DNA from: Desulfobacteraceae bacterium
Lineage (GTDB): Bacteria; Desulfobacterota; Desulfobacteria; Desulfobacterales; UBA5616
DNA: 42,805 nt
Assembly (NCBI GenBank): GCA_030620375.1
Contig: JAUXEW010000001.1
Span: forward strand, 1-42,805
Reading direction: 5' to 3'
Shown: piece by piece, positions 17,366 to 26,931 of the stretch
How positions within the stretch are numbered: position 1 is the first letter of the stretch
Layout of the letters: every line of letters begins with the position of its first letter
Translations under genes and position numbers: made by a program
The notes under the pieces: model-generated
Seen by the model: the letters and a program-made list of their open reading frames with translations, nothing else
The model's database searches: none
Told to the model about the DNA's origin: nothing

Positions 17366-18940
17366 TTAAACTTTAAAGCTCTCTGCCACACCGGCATACA
17401 TTTTCCTTAGCTTGCGTTTTTCAATTTTACCGGTGAGATTCCGGGGAACATCAGCGAATATAATCCGTCGAGGCCGTTTGTACCTGGCCAATGCCATGCA
17501 ATATTCGTTTATCTCTTCTTTTGTAAGCACTTGACCGATCTTTACCTGAACAATGGCAGTCGCAATTTCCCCCAGTCTGAGGCTGGGCAGGCCGATTACC
17601 CCCACATCCTGAATTTTGCGATGGGCTTGGAGGAAATCCTCGATTTCTACAGGATAAATATTTTCTCCGCCGGTAATAATGATATCTTTTTTTCTGTCCA
17701 CCAACCAGATAAACCCGTCTCCATCCTGGCGGGCGATGTCTCCGGTATAAAGCCAGCCGTTCTTCAATGCGCTTTGTGTGGCTTCCGGATTCTTATAGTA
17801 TGCCTTCATTACCCCCGGCCCTTTGATCACCAATTCACCAGGGCTCCCTGGAAGTAATGGTTTAGACTGATCATCCACAATTTTAAATTCCCAGTCAAAC
17901 CCGGGGATACCAATAGCACCGACCTTGCTCGTGTTGTTCATTCCCAGATGAACACATCCCGGTCCTGTTGATTCCGTTAGCCCGTAATTCGTGTCATATT
18001 GGTGATGGGGAAAAATTTTCAACCATTCCTTCACCAGGCTGGGGGGGACCGGCTGTGCCCCGATATGCATTAACCGCCATTGATCCAGATTGAATTGCTG
18101 TAATTTCAATTCACCACTTTCAATGGCAAATAGAATGTCCAACGCCCAGGGAACCAGCAGCCAGACAATGGTCACTTTTTCTTCTGAAATCGTTTCCAAT
18201 ATCGAGCGGGGGTCAACCCCTTTTAAAATAACAGCCTTTGCCCCCACCAAAAAATTTCCGAACCAATGCATCTTTGCACCCGTGTGGTAAAGTGGCGGGA
18301 TACAAAGAAAATTGTCCTGATGCGTCTGCTGGTGATGGTTGTTTTCCAAATAGCAGGAAAATTCCAAATTTCTGTGGGTAAGCAGCGCCGCCTTGGGTGT
18401 TCCGGTGGTCCCGGATGTAAAATACAACCCGGCCTCATCGGTTATTTCTATCTCCACACAAGGATCTTCAGGAGATTGGGTCGAAAAAACATCTTCATAA
18501 AATTCGGCGTAATCGGGTTTTATCGATCTCGGACCTACAAAAATATAGGTTTGAACGGTTTTATCGAGATCCGCTTTAATTGAATTGATTCGATCAATAA
18601 ATTCCTCACCGAAGATAAACACTTTGGCTTCTGCTGTTTGGGCACACCGTTTTATGGTTTGTGCAACAAATCGAAAGCTCAGCGGAACCACCCATGCCCC
18701 TGCCCGCAATATCCCAAAATAGATGGGCAACCATTCAATACAATTGGTCATTAAATGAATGACCCGGTCACCCTTTTTTATTCCTTTGTTCATTAACGCT
18801 TGCGCCACCCGACTAGCCTGGTCATCAAAGGCTTTCCAGGTTATTTCTTTTCTTTTGTGCTTTGCCGGCTCTCGCTCAATGATAGCTGTCTCATCGCCAT
18901 ACATGCGCGCATTTCTGGCAAGTATTTCCATGATCAGCAT
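17366..18940 (-). CDS. AMP-forming acyl-CoA synthetase/ligase (class I adenylate-forming enzyme)
   Basis: YFTSGTTGTPKA (A3), YGLTE, YTGDI, GENIYP and the C-terminal K motif. I prefer the start at the ATG at 18940 (GGAGAG 8 nt upstream). Confidence 0.85.
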   Translation of the reverse strand: MLIMEILARNARMYGDETAIIEREPAKHKRKEITWKAFDDQASRVAQALMNKGIKKGDRVIHLMTNCIEWLPIYFGILRAGAWVVPLSFRFVAQTIKRCAQTAEAKVFIFGEEFIDRINSIKADLDKTVQTYIFVGPRSIKPDYAEFYEDVFSTQSPEDPCVEIEITDEAGLYFTSGTTGTPKAALLTHRNLEFSCYLENNHHQQTHQDNFLCIPPLYHTGAKMHWFGNFLVGAKAVILKGVDPRSILETISEEKVTIVWLLVPWALDILFAIESGELKLQQFNLDQWRLMHIGAQPVPPSLVKEWLKIFPHHQYDTNYGLTESTGPGCVHLGMNNTSKVGAIGIPGFDWEFKIVDDQSKPLLPGSPGELVIKGPGVMKAYYKNPEATQSALKNGWLYTGDIARQDGDGFIWLVDRKKDIIITGGENIYPVEIEDFLQAHRKIQDVGVIGLPSLRLGEIATAIVQVKIGQVLTKEEINEYCMALARYKRPRRIIFADVPRNLTGKIEKRKLRKMYAGVAESFKV

Positions 18941-19007
18941 GCGTATTTCTCTCCATTTCCCCTTGGTCAAGCAAGCGTAAAGTTGATCCGGCCTTTCAGT
19001 GAGAGGA

Positions 19008-20003
19008 TCAACCGGAGATTTGGTCCTCTAAAAACAAACATTCTTGTGACGCCTGCCTTAACGTCTCCGTCAAATTAAGAACCCGGGGGCCGTTGAGGCT
19101 GAGCCGAATGGAAACCCGTTCGCCTTCGGTCACTGTGATCTCACGTTCCCCATCCAGTGCAATTACACAATGGGACGTTTGAATGGCTATGAATTCTTCA
19201 GGTTCAAATATGCGGTGTGATTGAATGGGCACCCACCGAACCAGTCCCGGTGCAATGGGCGCTCTGACCTTTCTTTCACCTTCTCCGATAATGATATGCA
19301 GGCCCTTACCGGAATCAACCGGCAATTGACATATATACCCGCCTAGAGAAGAAAAACCGATGTTCCCCGGATCAGCCCGGGTCAGAAAAACCTCTTTCAG
19401 TGTCGAAATATCCCAAATCGCGCGGGAAGCAATAAATTCAGAAGATGTGACAACCGCATCAACCAGCGCGATATCCAAAAGCTCCGAATCCTTCCAAATC
19501 TCCAAACGAGGGGCTTTATGCGTCAACGTATCAACAGAAAAATCATTTGAAGCCACCACTCCGGCGGCAATTCCCGCCAAAGTCCCTTCCACCATATAGC
19601 AGAATGCATTATTAGTACCGGTAGCCACGGATAAAAGCGGCGTTTCTTCGCTGCTTTTTGATACGACACGATTGGTACCGTCACCGCCAAGCGTAATGAT
19701 GCATGCCACACCCATTTCAGTCAGCAATTCCGCTGCGTGGGTTGAGTCATCTTGGGTATTCTCCAGTCTCATGTCCAGAAAAGATGCTTTAAGAGAAACA
19801 TCCAGCCGGTCCAGGGCCAGTCGGCCGATGCCGGCGTTTTCAGGCATAATATAGACTTCTTTTACTCCCATTGAATCTAAACCGAGCAAAATCCGTCTGA
19901 CGATATTTATCTTCTCGCTGTTGGGAACTACAGAGCCATAAGCGACCAATCGCCGAATATCTTTACCTGAAACCGGGTTAGCTATAATTCCGATCGGTTT
20001 CAA
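19008..20003 (-). CDS. NAD-kinase-fold protein of the AcoX-like group (substrate unknown)
   Basis: IGIIANPVSGKD... and the GGDGT motif (ITLGGDGTNRVV). 331 aa, TTG start. It is distinct from the canonical nadK at 32043. Confidence 0.6.
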   Translation of the reverse strand: MKPIGIIANPVSGKDIRRLVAYGSVVPNSEKINIVRRILLGLDSMGVKEVYIMPENAGIGRLALDRLDVSLKASFLDMRLENTQDDSTHAAELLTEMGVACIITLGGDGTNRVVSKSSEETPLLSVATGTNNAFCYMVEGTLAGIAAGVVASNDFSVDTLTHKAPRLEIWKDSELLDIALVDAVVTSSEFIASRAIWDISTLKEVFLTRADPGNIGFSSLGGYICQLPVDSGKGLHIIIGEGERKVRAPIAPGLVRWVPIQSHRIFEPEEFIAIQTSHCVIALDGEREITVTEGERVSIRLSLNGPRVLNLTETLRQASQECLFLEDQISG

Positions 20004-20159
20004 TCTATATACCCCTTACGTTATGACTTGATTAGAAGCTCCCCCCACTCATACTGCGGGGGGAGCGGGCTCGCTGTTTCGGTTCATGACCGATCGGACT
20101 CAATCTGTCAACCCTTTTGTTCAATTAAGGAGGGCAAAAAAGGAGGGCAAAAACGGCAA

Positions 20160-20393
20160 TTACTGGTTTAATGTATGATCAAGGTTGTCCAATCGATCTT
20201 GCTCCACATCTGTTACTTCGCGCGCTTTTTTAACGGATTCCAGCATCCGATCCGAAATTTTTTTAGATGTCTCATCGCTTAGCTTTTCAATCGCCCCCTT
20301 ATCCGATTCCATACGCTTGTTATCAGAACAGGACAAGAATCCGACACTAACTAATAACAAAACCAAGACAGTTACGCATATTTTTATCATCAT
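20160..20393 (-). CDS. small lipoprotein (77 aa)
   Basis: Signal peptide MMIKICVTVLVLLLVSVGFLSC with a lipobox Cys, followed by a charged helical tail. The track start is trimmed. Confidence 0.5.
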   Translation of the reverse strand: MMIKICVTVLVLLLVSVGFLSCSDNKRMESDKGAIEKLSDETSKKISDRMLESVKKAREVTDVEQDRLDNLDHTLNQ

Positions 20394-20516
20394 CACCCCC
20401 GTATGGCGCCATTCTGATACGAACACCTTGTATTTCATTAAGACCAGCTGATTTTCTTTACAAGCTCCTCGAGTGTACACGATTTTAACGATATTGATCT
20501 ATGGAGCGGCCTCCAA

Positions 20517-21983
20517 TCAGAAAAGCTCCCTGACCCCTGATTTTTTTTGGAATCGATAATATTTTATAAGCCGGCCAACAGAACCGGCTGCTCTGCCGGG
20601 ACTGCTATATACGGGAATTCCTGCAGCGACCAGCGTTGCTTTACTCTCTGAAAGGCATTTTAATTTTTCATCTAAAAAATCACTCGGGCTTAAAACACCG
20701 GTGTTGAGCACCGCTACAATCGGATTTTTTTTAATTCTATCCAAATCAACGATATTTTTAGTGTAATTCCGAAGATGCCGGGCGAGTTCAAATTTTGTTC
20801 GCGGTGCGCCGATGGAAAAGTTGGCCACAACAATATCAAAATCATCACCAAGCGCCATCATCTTCATTATCTCATCATTTAAATTTACACCAAACGCCTC
20901 TTGTGGCAAGATGGATATATCCACTGGGTTGCTCAACCAACCCCACCACAGTTCAGGCAATGTATGTTCTATTCTTTCATTAATTTCTTGCGTAAGCGGA
21001 ACAACCTGAAAGCCGGCCTCTTCCCACTCGTCCGCGGACAGCACGCTTTGACCTCCGCCCCCTCCAACGATACCCACTCGACCTTCTTTTACCGGCGGCA
21101 AAAAATAAAAGGAGACAGCCAAATCAATCATATCCTCTATTGACTGTGCCGGAACAACTCCTGTCTGTCTTACCGCAGACTCCCATACTTTCAAGCTTCC
21201 CGCCATTGAAGCTGTATGCGACGCCGCTGACCTTGATCCGGCATCACCCCGACCGGCTTTTAAAATAATCACCGGCTTTATAGCCGTTGCCCGTCTTAAT
21301 GCACGGACAAATTTTTTACCGTCTTTTATCCCCTCAATATAACATGCAATGAATTGGGTCTCTTCATCATCGGCAAGATATTCCAACAGGTCAGACTCAT
21401 CAATATCCATGGCATTACCATAACTGATGACCTTACTAAACCGAATCCCGCGTAATGCGGCGTAGTAAATGAATTCCGAGCAGGCCCCCCCACTTTGAAA
21501 CACCAGGGCCATCTTTCCAGATTCAATAGGAAAATCGTAACCAAAAGCCATCCCTTCACCGGGATGGTAAATCCCCATGCAGTTAGGCCCAATGAGTCGG
21601 ATACCCAGGGTACGCGATAGGCGTGATATCTCCACTTCCAGCTGAGCCGCATCCGCTTTTCCGGTCTCACTGAACCGCCCGGTAAATAAATGAACCACTT
21701 TAACATTTTTCTCTGTACATTCTCTCAAGAGGTCAGGCACTTTTATAGCAGGGAGACAACAAATCACATAATCCACCGGCTCGGGGACGTCTTTTAAATT
21801 AGAATACGCCTTATACCCTAAAACTTCAGAAAACTTGGGTGTCACCGGGTAAATTTTCCCTTTAAATCCGTAAGTTTTTAAATGATACAAAAAGTTGTAT
21901 CCCATTGAAAAGGAGTTCTCGGATGCACCCGCCACAGCAATCGATTGAGGGTGAAAAGCGGCATTGATGTGATGATCACTCAT
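20517..21983 (-). CDS. CoA-binding protein similar to the alpha part of ADP-forming acetyl/acyl-CoA synthetase
   Basis: PQSIAVAGAS...GKIYPV (CoA-binding Rossmann), a GPNCMG region and SAASHTASMAG (phospho-His loop). The start is trimmed to MSDHH at 21983. No ATP-grasp partner is adjacent. Confidence 0.75.
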   Translation of the reverse strand: MSDHHINAAFHPQSIAVAGASENSFSMGYNFLYHLKTYGFKGKIYPVTPKFSEVLGYKAYSNLKDVPEPVDYVICCLPAIKVPDLLRECTEKNVKVVHLFTGRFSETGKADAAQLEVEISRLSRTLGIRLIGPNCMGIYHPGEGMAFGYDFPIESGKMALVFQSGGACSEFIYYAALRGIRFSKVISYGNAMDIDESDLLEYLADDEETQFIACYIEGIKDGKKFVRALRRATAIKPVIILKAGRGDAGSRSAASHTASMAGSLKVWESAVRQTGVVPAQSIEDMIDLAVSFYFLPPVKEGRVGIVGGGGGQSVLSADEWEEAGFQVVPLTQEINERIEHTLPELWWGWLSNPVDISILPQEAFGVNLNDEIMKMMALGDDFDIVVANFSIGAPRTKFELARHLRNYTKNIVDLDRIKKNPIVAVLNTGVLSPSDFLDEKLKCLSESKATLVAAGIPVYSSPGRAAGSVGRLIKYYRFQKKSGVRELF

Positions 21984-22117
21984 GGTATTACCTAACCGTA
22001 AAATCTGATGTCTATATTTTTTAAAGATGTTAAAACCTGTCCAAACATATTTGAAACTTATCCTTACATATAGTGAGCCGGCACGAATCTGGCCCGGACA
22101 AGCCGGAAGGCGCCCTG

Positions 22118-22972
22118 TCATTTGTCCGTTTTTTTCTCTCCCCAAATTTTCTGGCTCCTCTCGATCTTCTTTTTTGCCGTCTTCCAGGTGTTGGTAGTCA
22201 AAAAAGACTGCTCCCACTGCCCAACCATTTTAGTATACATAGAATAGGGAACGGCACAACTTAACTCATCGGTCTTAAAAAATTGACGGCAAGAGGGATC
22301 AAAACCACCCAAAACCGCATATTCTTTTCCTTCATTAAGATATTTCATGGGCCATGTGACAATGCCGGAACAACCCGGACCAAAGGGCGACCGAAACGAA
22401 TCAATGTCTTCAGAAATAAAGGCAACAAGAGACCGAAGACCGGTGAGGACTTCCGGTCGAGCAAAAAATATCACCACTTCAGGTGTTTCATCACCCCGGA
22501 ACTGATTTATGGGCTGAATTACACAGAAACGTTTCGGTGCAGGAAGGGGATCGGTGGCGTCAAAGAAATCGCGAGCCAAATCCGGGGATGCTTTATACTG
22601 TTCCCCTTCCAAAATTTCAGGTATTCCGGTCGAAATAAAATAAGGGTGCATATTCAAATAAGGTTGCAGATATCCGAGATAAAAGCATCCTCCTATGCAA
22701 CCGAACCGCTCCTTATTAAAGTATGCAACGGTTTTTTTCTTTCGCGCCCGCCAGATGACACCCAAAACACAGGAAAAATTTTTTTGAATGCTCTCCCAGT
22801 CCAACTCTCCTTTCTCTTCCGCCTCGCGACTGACGGGTGCTTGCGGTTTAGGAGAAATACCTTCAGACGGCTCGATATCGGTGTAATAGACTCCCATTGG
22901 TACTTCGTCAATGCCCAAAATGTTTAGTAATCCGGAAATATCTCGGGCTAATTCTTCTTTAATATTTTTCAT
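22118..22972 (-). CDS. DUF169-like protein
   Basis: FSCVLG...ERFGCIGGCFYLGY and an overall length of 284 aa resemble DUF169 (COG2043). The ATG at 22972 has AGGGGG upstream. Confidence 0.55.
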   Translation of the reverse strand: MKNIKEELARDISGLLNILGIDEVPMGVYYTDIEPSEGISPKPQAPVSREAEEKGELDWESIQKNFSCVLGVIWRARKKKTVAYFNKERFGCIGGCFYLGYLQPYLNMHPYFISTGIPEILEGEQYKASPDLARDFFDATDPLPAPKRFCVIQPINQFRGDETPEVVIFFARPEVLTGLRSLVAFISEDIDSFRSPFGPGCSGIVTWPMKYLNEGKEYAVLGGFDPSCRQFFKTDELSCAVPYSMYTKMVGQWEQSFLTTNTWKTAKKKIERSQKIWGEKKTDK

Positions 22973-22988
22973 AATTATTTCCCCCTTT

Positions 22989-23375
22989 TTACTTGTTGAT
23001 ACGCCCGAATCCCCATGAAAAATTTCGTTTGAACATTTCATGCCCCCCTACCCGTACGCCATGAAACATGATCTCCGCCATTTTCGTTTCATTCAGCAAG
23101 CGGGCGACATCCATCATGAGTTCCGCGTCGGCAACCAATCTTTCGACATCCTCTCCGGGGTATCCCGCCCAGTATTTCAGGTCGTGTATGAAACAGGCAC
23201 TATACAGGCTAATCCCGTCCCAAGCATCAACCCACATGGAGCATCCGTCACTCTTAAACGGTTTTACCGGCGGATCATTCTCGATTTTAACCCATAAATC
23301 ATGAAGCCCGTAAAACTCGCAGATTTTTTTAATTTCCGAAAGGGATACGGCTTCTCCATTTTTCGGCAGATCCAT
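22989..23375 (-). CDS. hypothetical protein with an FKSDGCS...ACFIHDLKYW...R..ADAEL motif (DUF1353-like or PLA2-like HD motif)
   Basis: 128 aa. The motif was read directly and the family assignment is tentative. It lies 16 nt upstream of the DUF169 gene. Confidence 0.45.
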   Translation of the reverse strand: MDLPKNGEAVSLSEIKKICEFYGLHDLWVKIENDPPVKPFKSDGCSMWVDAWDGISLYSACFIHDLKYWAGYPGEDVERLVADAELMMDVARLLNETKMAEIMFHGVRVGGHEMFKRNFSWGFGRINK

Positions 23376-23422
23376 TTTTGCTATCCTTCTCTCTTGGAAT
23401 CGGTCATTCCTCTATCAACTGT

Positions 23423-23998
23423 TTATGTCGCCAGCTTCTTTCCGAGTTCCTCAGCTGCCTTTAAAAGCTCCGTGTTTTGGCTGATATCACCGGAATTTAA
23501 AGCACTGCCATAAACCATCCCAACAATATCGGCACCGACGTATCGGAAGGCATCTTGGAAGGTGCGTAATGCATTTACGCATCCAGAAGTAAAGGGATCC
23601 GTGTCTCCATATGTCATGGCAATCGCAATTCTTTTTTTAAACGCGTTTCCCCTATACGCCAGCAAGGCAAAACAACGATCCATCCACAGTTTTGTCTGGG
23701 CAGACATATTAAACCAGTAAACCGGACTGGCAATAACCCATGTATCAGATGCTATTAATTTAGGGAAAACAGTCTGCATATCATCGTCAATCGCACACCC
23801 CTTGCTATCTTCTTTTTGGCAGGCATAGCAAGATTGGCAAGGTTTGATATTCATTTTATGGATGAATAAAGTTTCACAGGAAGCACCGGCTGATTCAGCG
23901 CCTTTAACAATCTCTTGTGCCAGGATCGCACTGTTTCCTTTCTTCCGGGGACTGCCCAGAAGTACCAATACCTTTTTGTTATGACTGACATCTCCCAT
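23423..23998 (-). CDS. iron-sulfur flavoprotein-like NAD(P)H-dependent FMN reductase / flavodoxin-fold protein
   Basis: VLVLLGSPRKKGNS (FMN_red N-terminus) and a compact Cys motif (CQSCYACQ...C). 191 aa with GGAGG upstream. Confidence 0.75.
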   Translation of the reverse strand: MGDVSHNKKVLVLLGSPRKKGNSAILAQEIVKGAESAGASCETLFIHKMNIKPCQSCYACQKEDSKGCAIDDDMQTVFPKLIASDTWVIASPVYWFNMSAQTKLWMDRCFALLAYRGNAFKKRIAIAMTYGDTDPFTSGCVNALRTFQDAFRYVGADIVGMVYGSALNSGDISQNTELLKAAEELGKKLAT

Positions 23999-24110
23999 TA
24001 TTCTACCTCCTCTTGCGTTACAGTCAACGGTCTTAAAACGTTAGGCCGCTAAAAAAAAATCGTGCGTTACGTGGTAAAAATGATTGGTATGGCGTATTAA
24101 CAAAATAATT

Positions 24111-24202
24111 ACAAACTACAACCCGCAAAGGGGGAAAAGAAAGGGCACGCCAGTGCCCCAAAGTTTCAGTTTTGTCCCGGTTCGAAGCATCGGGTTTTTT
24201 TT
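24111..24202 (-). repeat. family E double-hairpin element, copy 2 (5' of the flavoprotein gene, 3' of the CBS gene)
   Basis: Gene-sense: A8-CCCGATGCTTCGAACCGGG-ACAAAACTGAAACTTTG-GGGCACTGGCGTGCCC-TTTCTTTT-CCCCCTTTGCGGG-TTGTAGTTTGT. Confidence 0.8.
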
Positions 24203-24349
24203 AAGCCATAAAAATTAACATTTTCCGATGGTCTCACGGTTTGGTGATGGAGGATGTGTCGAAGGGCTAAGTTGTAATATTTCCACGTGTTTCGTGTGTT
24301 AACAATTCTTGAGCATCAGTCTAAAATCATAGTACCGGATTAAAACGCC

Positions 24350-24802
24350 TCAATACCGTATCAGTGTTCGTAAAATATCCTCTTTCCCAATGATTCCAAT
24401 CAGTTTTTCGTTATCAACCACAGGAAGCGTATGAAATTTCTTATCGGCCATGAGCTCGGCAAGCGTTTCAATAGCCGTGTCCGGCTTAACGGTTACAGGA
24501 TTCCGTGTCATGGCATGTACAACGGTCGTTGCCGTAATTTTTTGGGCTTCTTTTTCCAACTGCTTCATGGAGGTCAAAGCGATAATGCCATCTAAAAAAG
24601 TAAACAAAGAAGGAATGGGGAGTTTCTTCTGTTGAACAATCAGGTCGCTCTGGCAGAGAATTCCCACCAGTTTTCCGGATATATCCACAACGGGGACGCC
24701 GTTAATTCGATTTTCTATGAGAAGTTCCGCGGCTCGGGTAATTTCCATATCCGGAGAAACCGTCACCAAATCTGTTGTCATGATGTCTTTTGCTGTTTTC
24801 AT
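24350..24802 (-). CDS. CBS-pair domain protein
   Basis: Two CBS repeats (DIMTTDLVTVSP..., VHAMTRNPVTVKP...). I prefer the ATG at 24802 over the TTG at 24844, which would overlap asmA. The start remains uncertain. Confidence 0.75.
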   Translation of the reverse strand: MKTAKDIMTTDLVTVSPDMEITRAAELLIENRINGVPVVDISGKLVGILCQSDLIVQQKKLPIPSLFTFLDGIIALTSMKQLEKEAQKITATTVVHAMTRNPVTVKPDTAIETLAELMADKKFHTLPVVDNEKLIGIIGKEDILRTLIRY

Positions 24803-24833
24803 AGAATTAATGTGGGACTGTTTTTTATGTTGA

Positions 24834-26855
24834 CTACCGGCCAAAGGGAAGCTCTTTGAACAATTCCTTTGCCCTTTTTTCTAAACTTTCAGAATCTTCT
24901 GGAGAAGCCCCTCCGATGTCAAATATCTTTTTTAAATCACTCGGTTCGGGGATTACTCCTTCAAGGCCTTGTTTTATAACAGCATCAAGATCCGGGGCAA
25001 ATTTTGGGGAAGAAAAACTTCCCGTAACCAAAATCGGCACCATAAATCCCGAGCGTTTCTGAGCATCCCCCTTTCCTTTGAGTGTAGCAACGAATGTGGG
25101 CTTTACCCGAAAATCAAGGATTTCTTTCACGATATCGGCTTGACCGCTGGCTTCCACACGAATCATCGGCGAAACCAACTTTGTTGCTGTTGTATTGATG
25201 ATGCCTTTTTTAATGACTAACGGGCAATGAAATTCAGAAAAGTCGGTTCGCGGCCGTTCTTCTTCTCCTGCTTCTTCCTTTCCGAAAGCGATGTTGACAT
25301 TACGGGCCATCGCGGTTAAATCAACACCCTTTATGGCACCGTCTTTGAAGAGCAGGTCTCCGCTACCGCTCAATGTGCGTTTCATTTTATCAGGGGTGTC
25401 TCCTGTCGTCTGAATATCAATATCGACTATTAGTTCTCCTTCCAGAATATCTTTTCCCAAAACGTCCTTTAGCAGCGGACTGGCCTGAATCTCATTCCCT
25501 TTAAGTTTAAACGTGGTTCGGGGGGTATTTGTTTCCATATTCATTGCCGCATTTGCGCTGACCTTTCCCTTATACATTTCAAAAAATAGTGGATCAATAT
25601 GGAAAACGCCTTTATTCCCGCTCACCTTAAGTGCTAAATTCTGAATCTTGGCGTTATTAATCTTAAGTTTCTCCACCCGAATATTACCGTTTAAAACAAG
25701 AGAGCGAAAGGGTGTATAATCCATCTTTTCAACAGGGGAGGCGGGCGATTTCGTCGACGGGACCTCTCCGGTGGTCTTCGACGGCAGGTATCGGTCCAGA
25801 TCGATTTGGTCCAATTGTATGTCGAAAAACAGATCCGGTTTATGGAACGCTCTCACCTTAACGACAAATTGAAGGCTTGAATCATCCAGAATAATGTTTC
25901 CGTTTGTCAGGAAAATGGCGTCGGGACCTCCTTCCAAGACGGTCTTGACGGACATTTTGGTTAACGCATTGGAATCTGCAGTACTGACTGTAAATCCCTT
26001 ATTTAAAGCGCTAATCAATTTTTTTGGAGAAAAAACCTCCGTCTGTAAAGCCAGGTTGAATCGGAACTTGTCAGCAAGGTCGGACACCTTTCCTGTAAGC
26101 CCCACATTCAACTGATTATGTGCATTAAGAGAAAGATCAACGGGGATATCGCCACGGCCGATTTCTTCTCCAAGCGGCCCGATATTTCCTTCAAGTGACA
26201 CCGGCATATTATCGATTTTTACTGCAATATACATATGGATCGGGTGGTGAAGGGAGATATCGTTCAGTTGAACCGTAATGTCTGAAAACTCTCTGCGACT
26301 CTCTTTTCGGTGATCAATGATGATCACGGATCCATCTGAAACCGAAAATTCACCCACTTCCAGAGACTTTAGCGAAATCCCTTTGCCGGTTTGCTCACCC
26401 GGCATTGTCTGCACCCGCAAATCCGTTTGAGATCCCTCAGAGGGGCCTTTCCAGTTGACCCGGCCATCCTTTTGCGTGATCAGCACCAGTCGAGGGCTCC
26501 TAGCAATAACATGCTTGACTTGAATATCCTTAAAAAGTAGGGGAAAGAGCTTTACGCGGGCATCAAACACCTTAATACTTATAAATTCGCTTTCTTCAAA
26601 TCCTGCAGGATTTCCGATGCTCAGATTTTCAAATGATAGCACCACCCAGGGAAACAGCGAAAGATTCAACTCACCGTTGACAGCACAAGGCCTTCCCGTT
26701 TTATCGGAGAACCAGTTTTCGATTTCCGGTTTGTATTGTTCCATGTCCACGAAAAGTGGAACCAGAAGCAGTACCCCGCACACCAGGAGGACCATCCCTC
26801 CACCAATGATCACAATCCATTTTAGAAAATGTTTCAACCCTCGCCTCCCCATCAA
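24834..26855 (-). CDS. AsmA family outer-membrane biogenesis protein
   Basis: An N-terminal TM anchor followed by a long beta-rich region. The opening (FVDMEQYKPEIENWFSDKTGR...) and the C-terminal region are AsmA-like. Confidence 0.75.
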   Translation of the reverse strand: MMGRRGLKHFLKWIVIIGGGMVLLVCGVLLLVPLFVDMEQYKPEIENWFSDKTGRPCAVNGELNLSLFPWVVLSFENLSIGNPAGFEESEFISIKVFDARVKLFPLLFKDIQVKHVIARSPRLVLITQKDGRVNWKGPSEGSQTDLRVQTMPGEQTGKGISLKSLEVGEFSVSDGSVIIIDHRKESRREFSDITVQLNDISLHHPIHMYIAVKIDNMPVSLEGNIGPLGEEIGRGDIPVDLSLNAHNQLNVGLTGKVSDLADKFRFNLALQTEVFSPKKLISALNKGFTVSTADSNALTKMSVKTVLEGGPDAIFLTNGNIILDDSSLQFVVKVRAFHKPDLFFDIQLDQIDLDRYLPSKTTGEVPSTKSPASPVEKMDYTPFRSLVLNGNIRVEKLKINNAKIQNLALKVSGNKGVFHIDPLFFEMYKGKVSANAAMNMETNTPRTTFKLKGNEIQASPLLKDVLGKDILEGELIVDIDIQTTGDTPDKMKRTLSGSGDLLFKDGAIKGVDLTAMARNVNIAFGKEEAGEEERPRTDFSEFHCPLVIKKGIINTTATKLVSPMIRVEASGQADIVKEILDFRVKPTFVATLKGKGDAQKRSGFMVPILVTGSFSSPKFAPDLDAVIKQGLEGVIPEPSDLKKIFDIGGASPEDSESLEKRAKELFKELPFGR

Positions 26856-26931
26856 TCATTTTTTCGAAGGGATGTCGGTATGCCAGTCGCTCCCATTAAC
26901 ATTATCTGCAGTGTCTGGTCTGATAAACAGG

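Noticed and set aside
20127-20153. Tandem AAGGAGGGCAAAAA x2 resembling duplicated Shine-Dalgarno sites on the plus strand
   Set aside because: No plausible plus-strand ORF follows; the nearest ATG is about 27 nt away and gives 20 codons. It lies in the 3' flank of the minus-strand lipoprotein gene and is probably just a short tandem duplication.
22283-22927. 214-aa plus-strand ORF antisense to the DUF169 gene. The same applies to 35896-36495 (antisense to metK), 14529-15110 (antisense to dnaK), 31976-32509 (antisense to nadK), 10079-10516 (antisense to ftsH) and 38329-38634 (antisense to ssb).
   Set aside because: In each case the opposite strand encodes a protein with clear family signatures. 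These shadow ORFs are Arg/Ser/Pro-rich and low in complexity, as expected for antisense frames.
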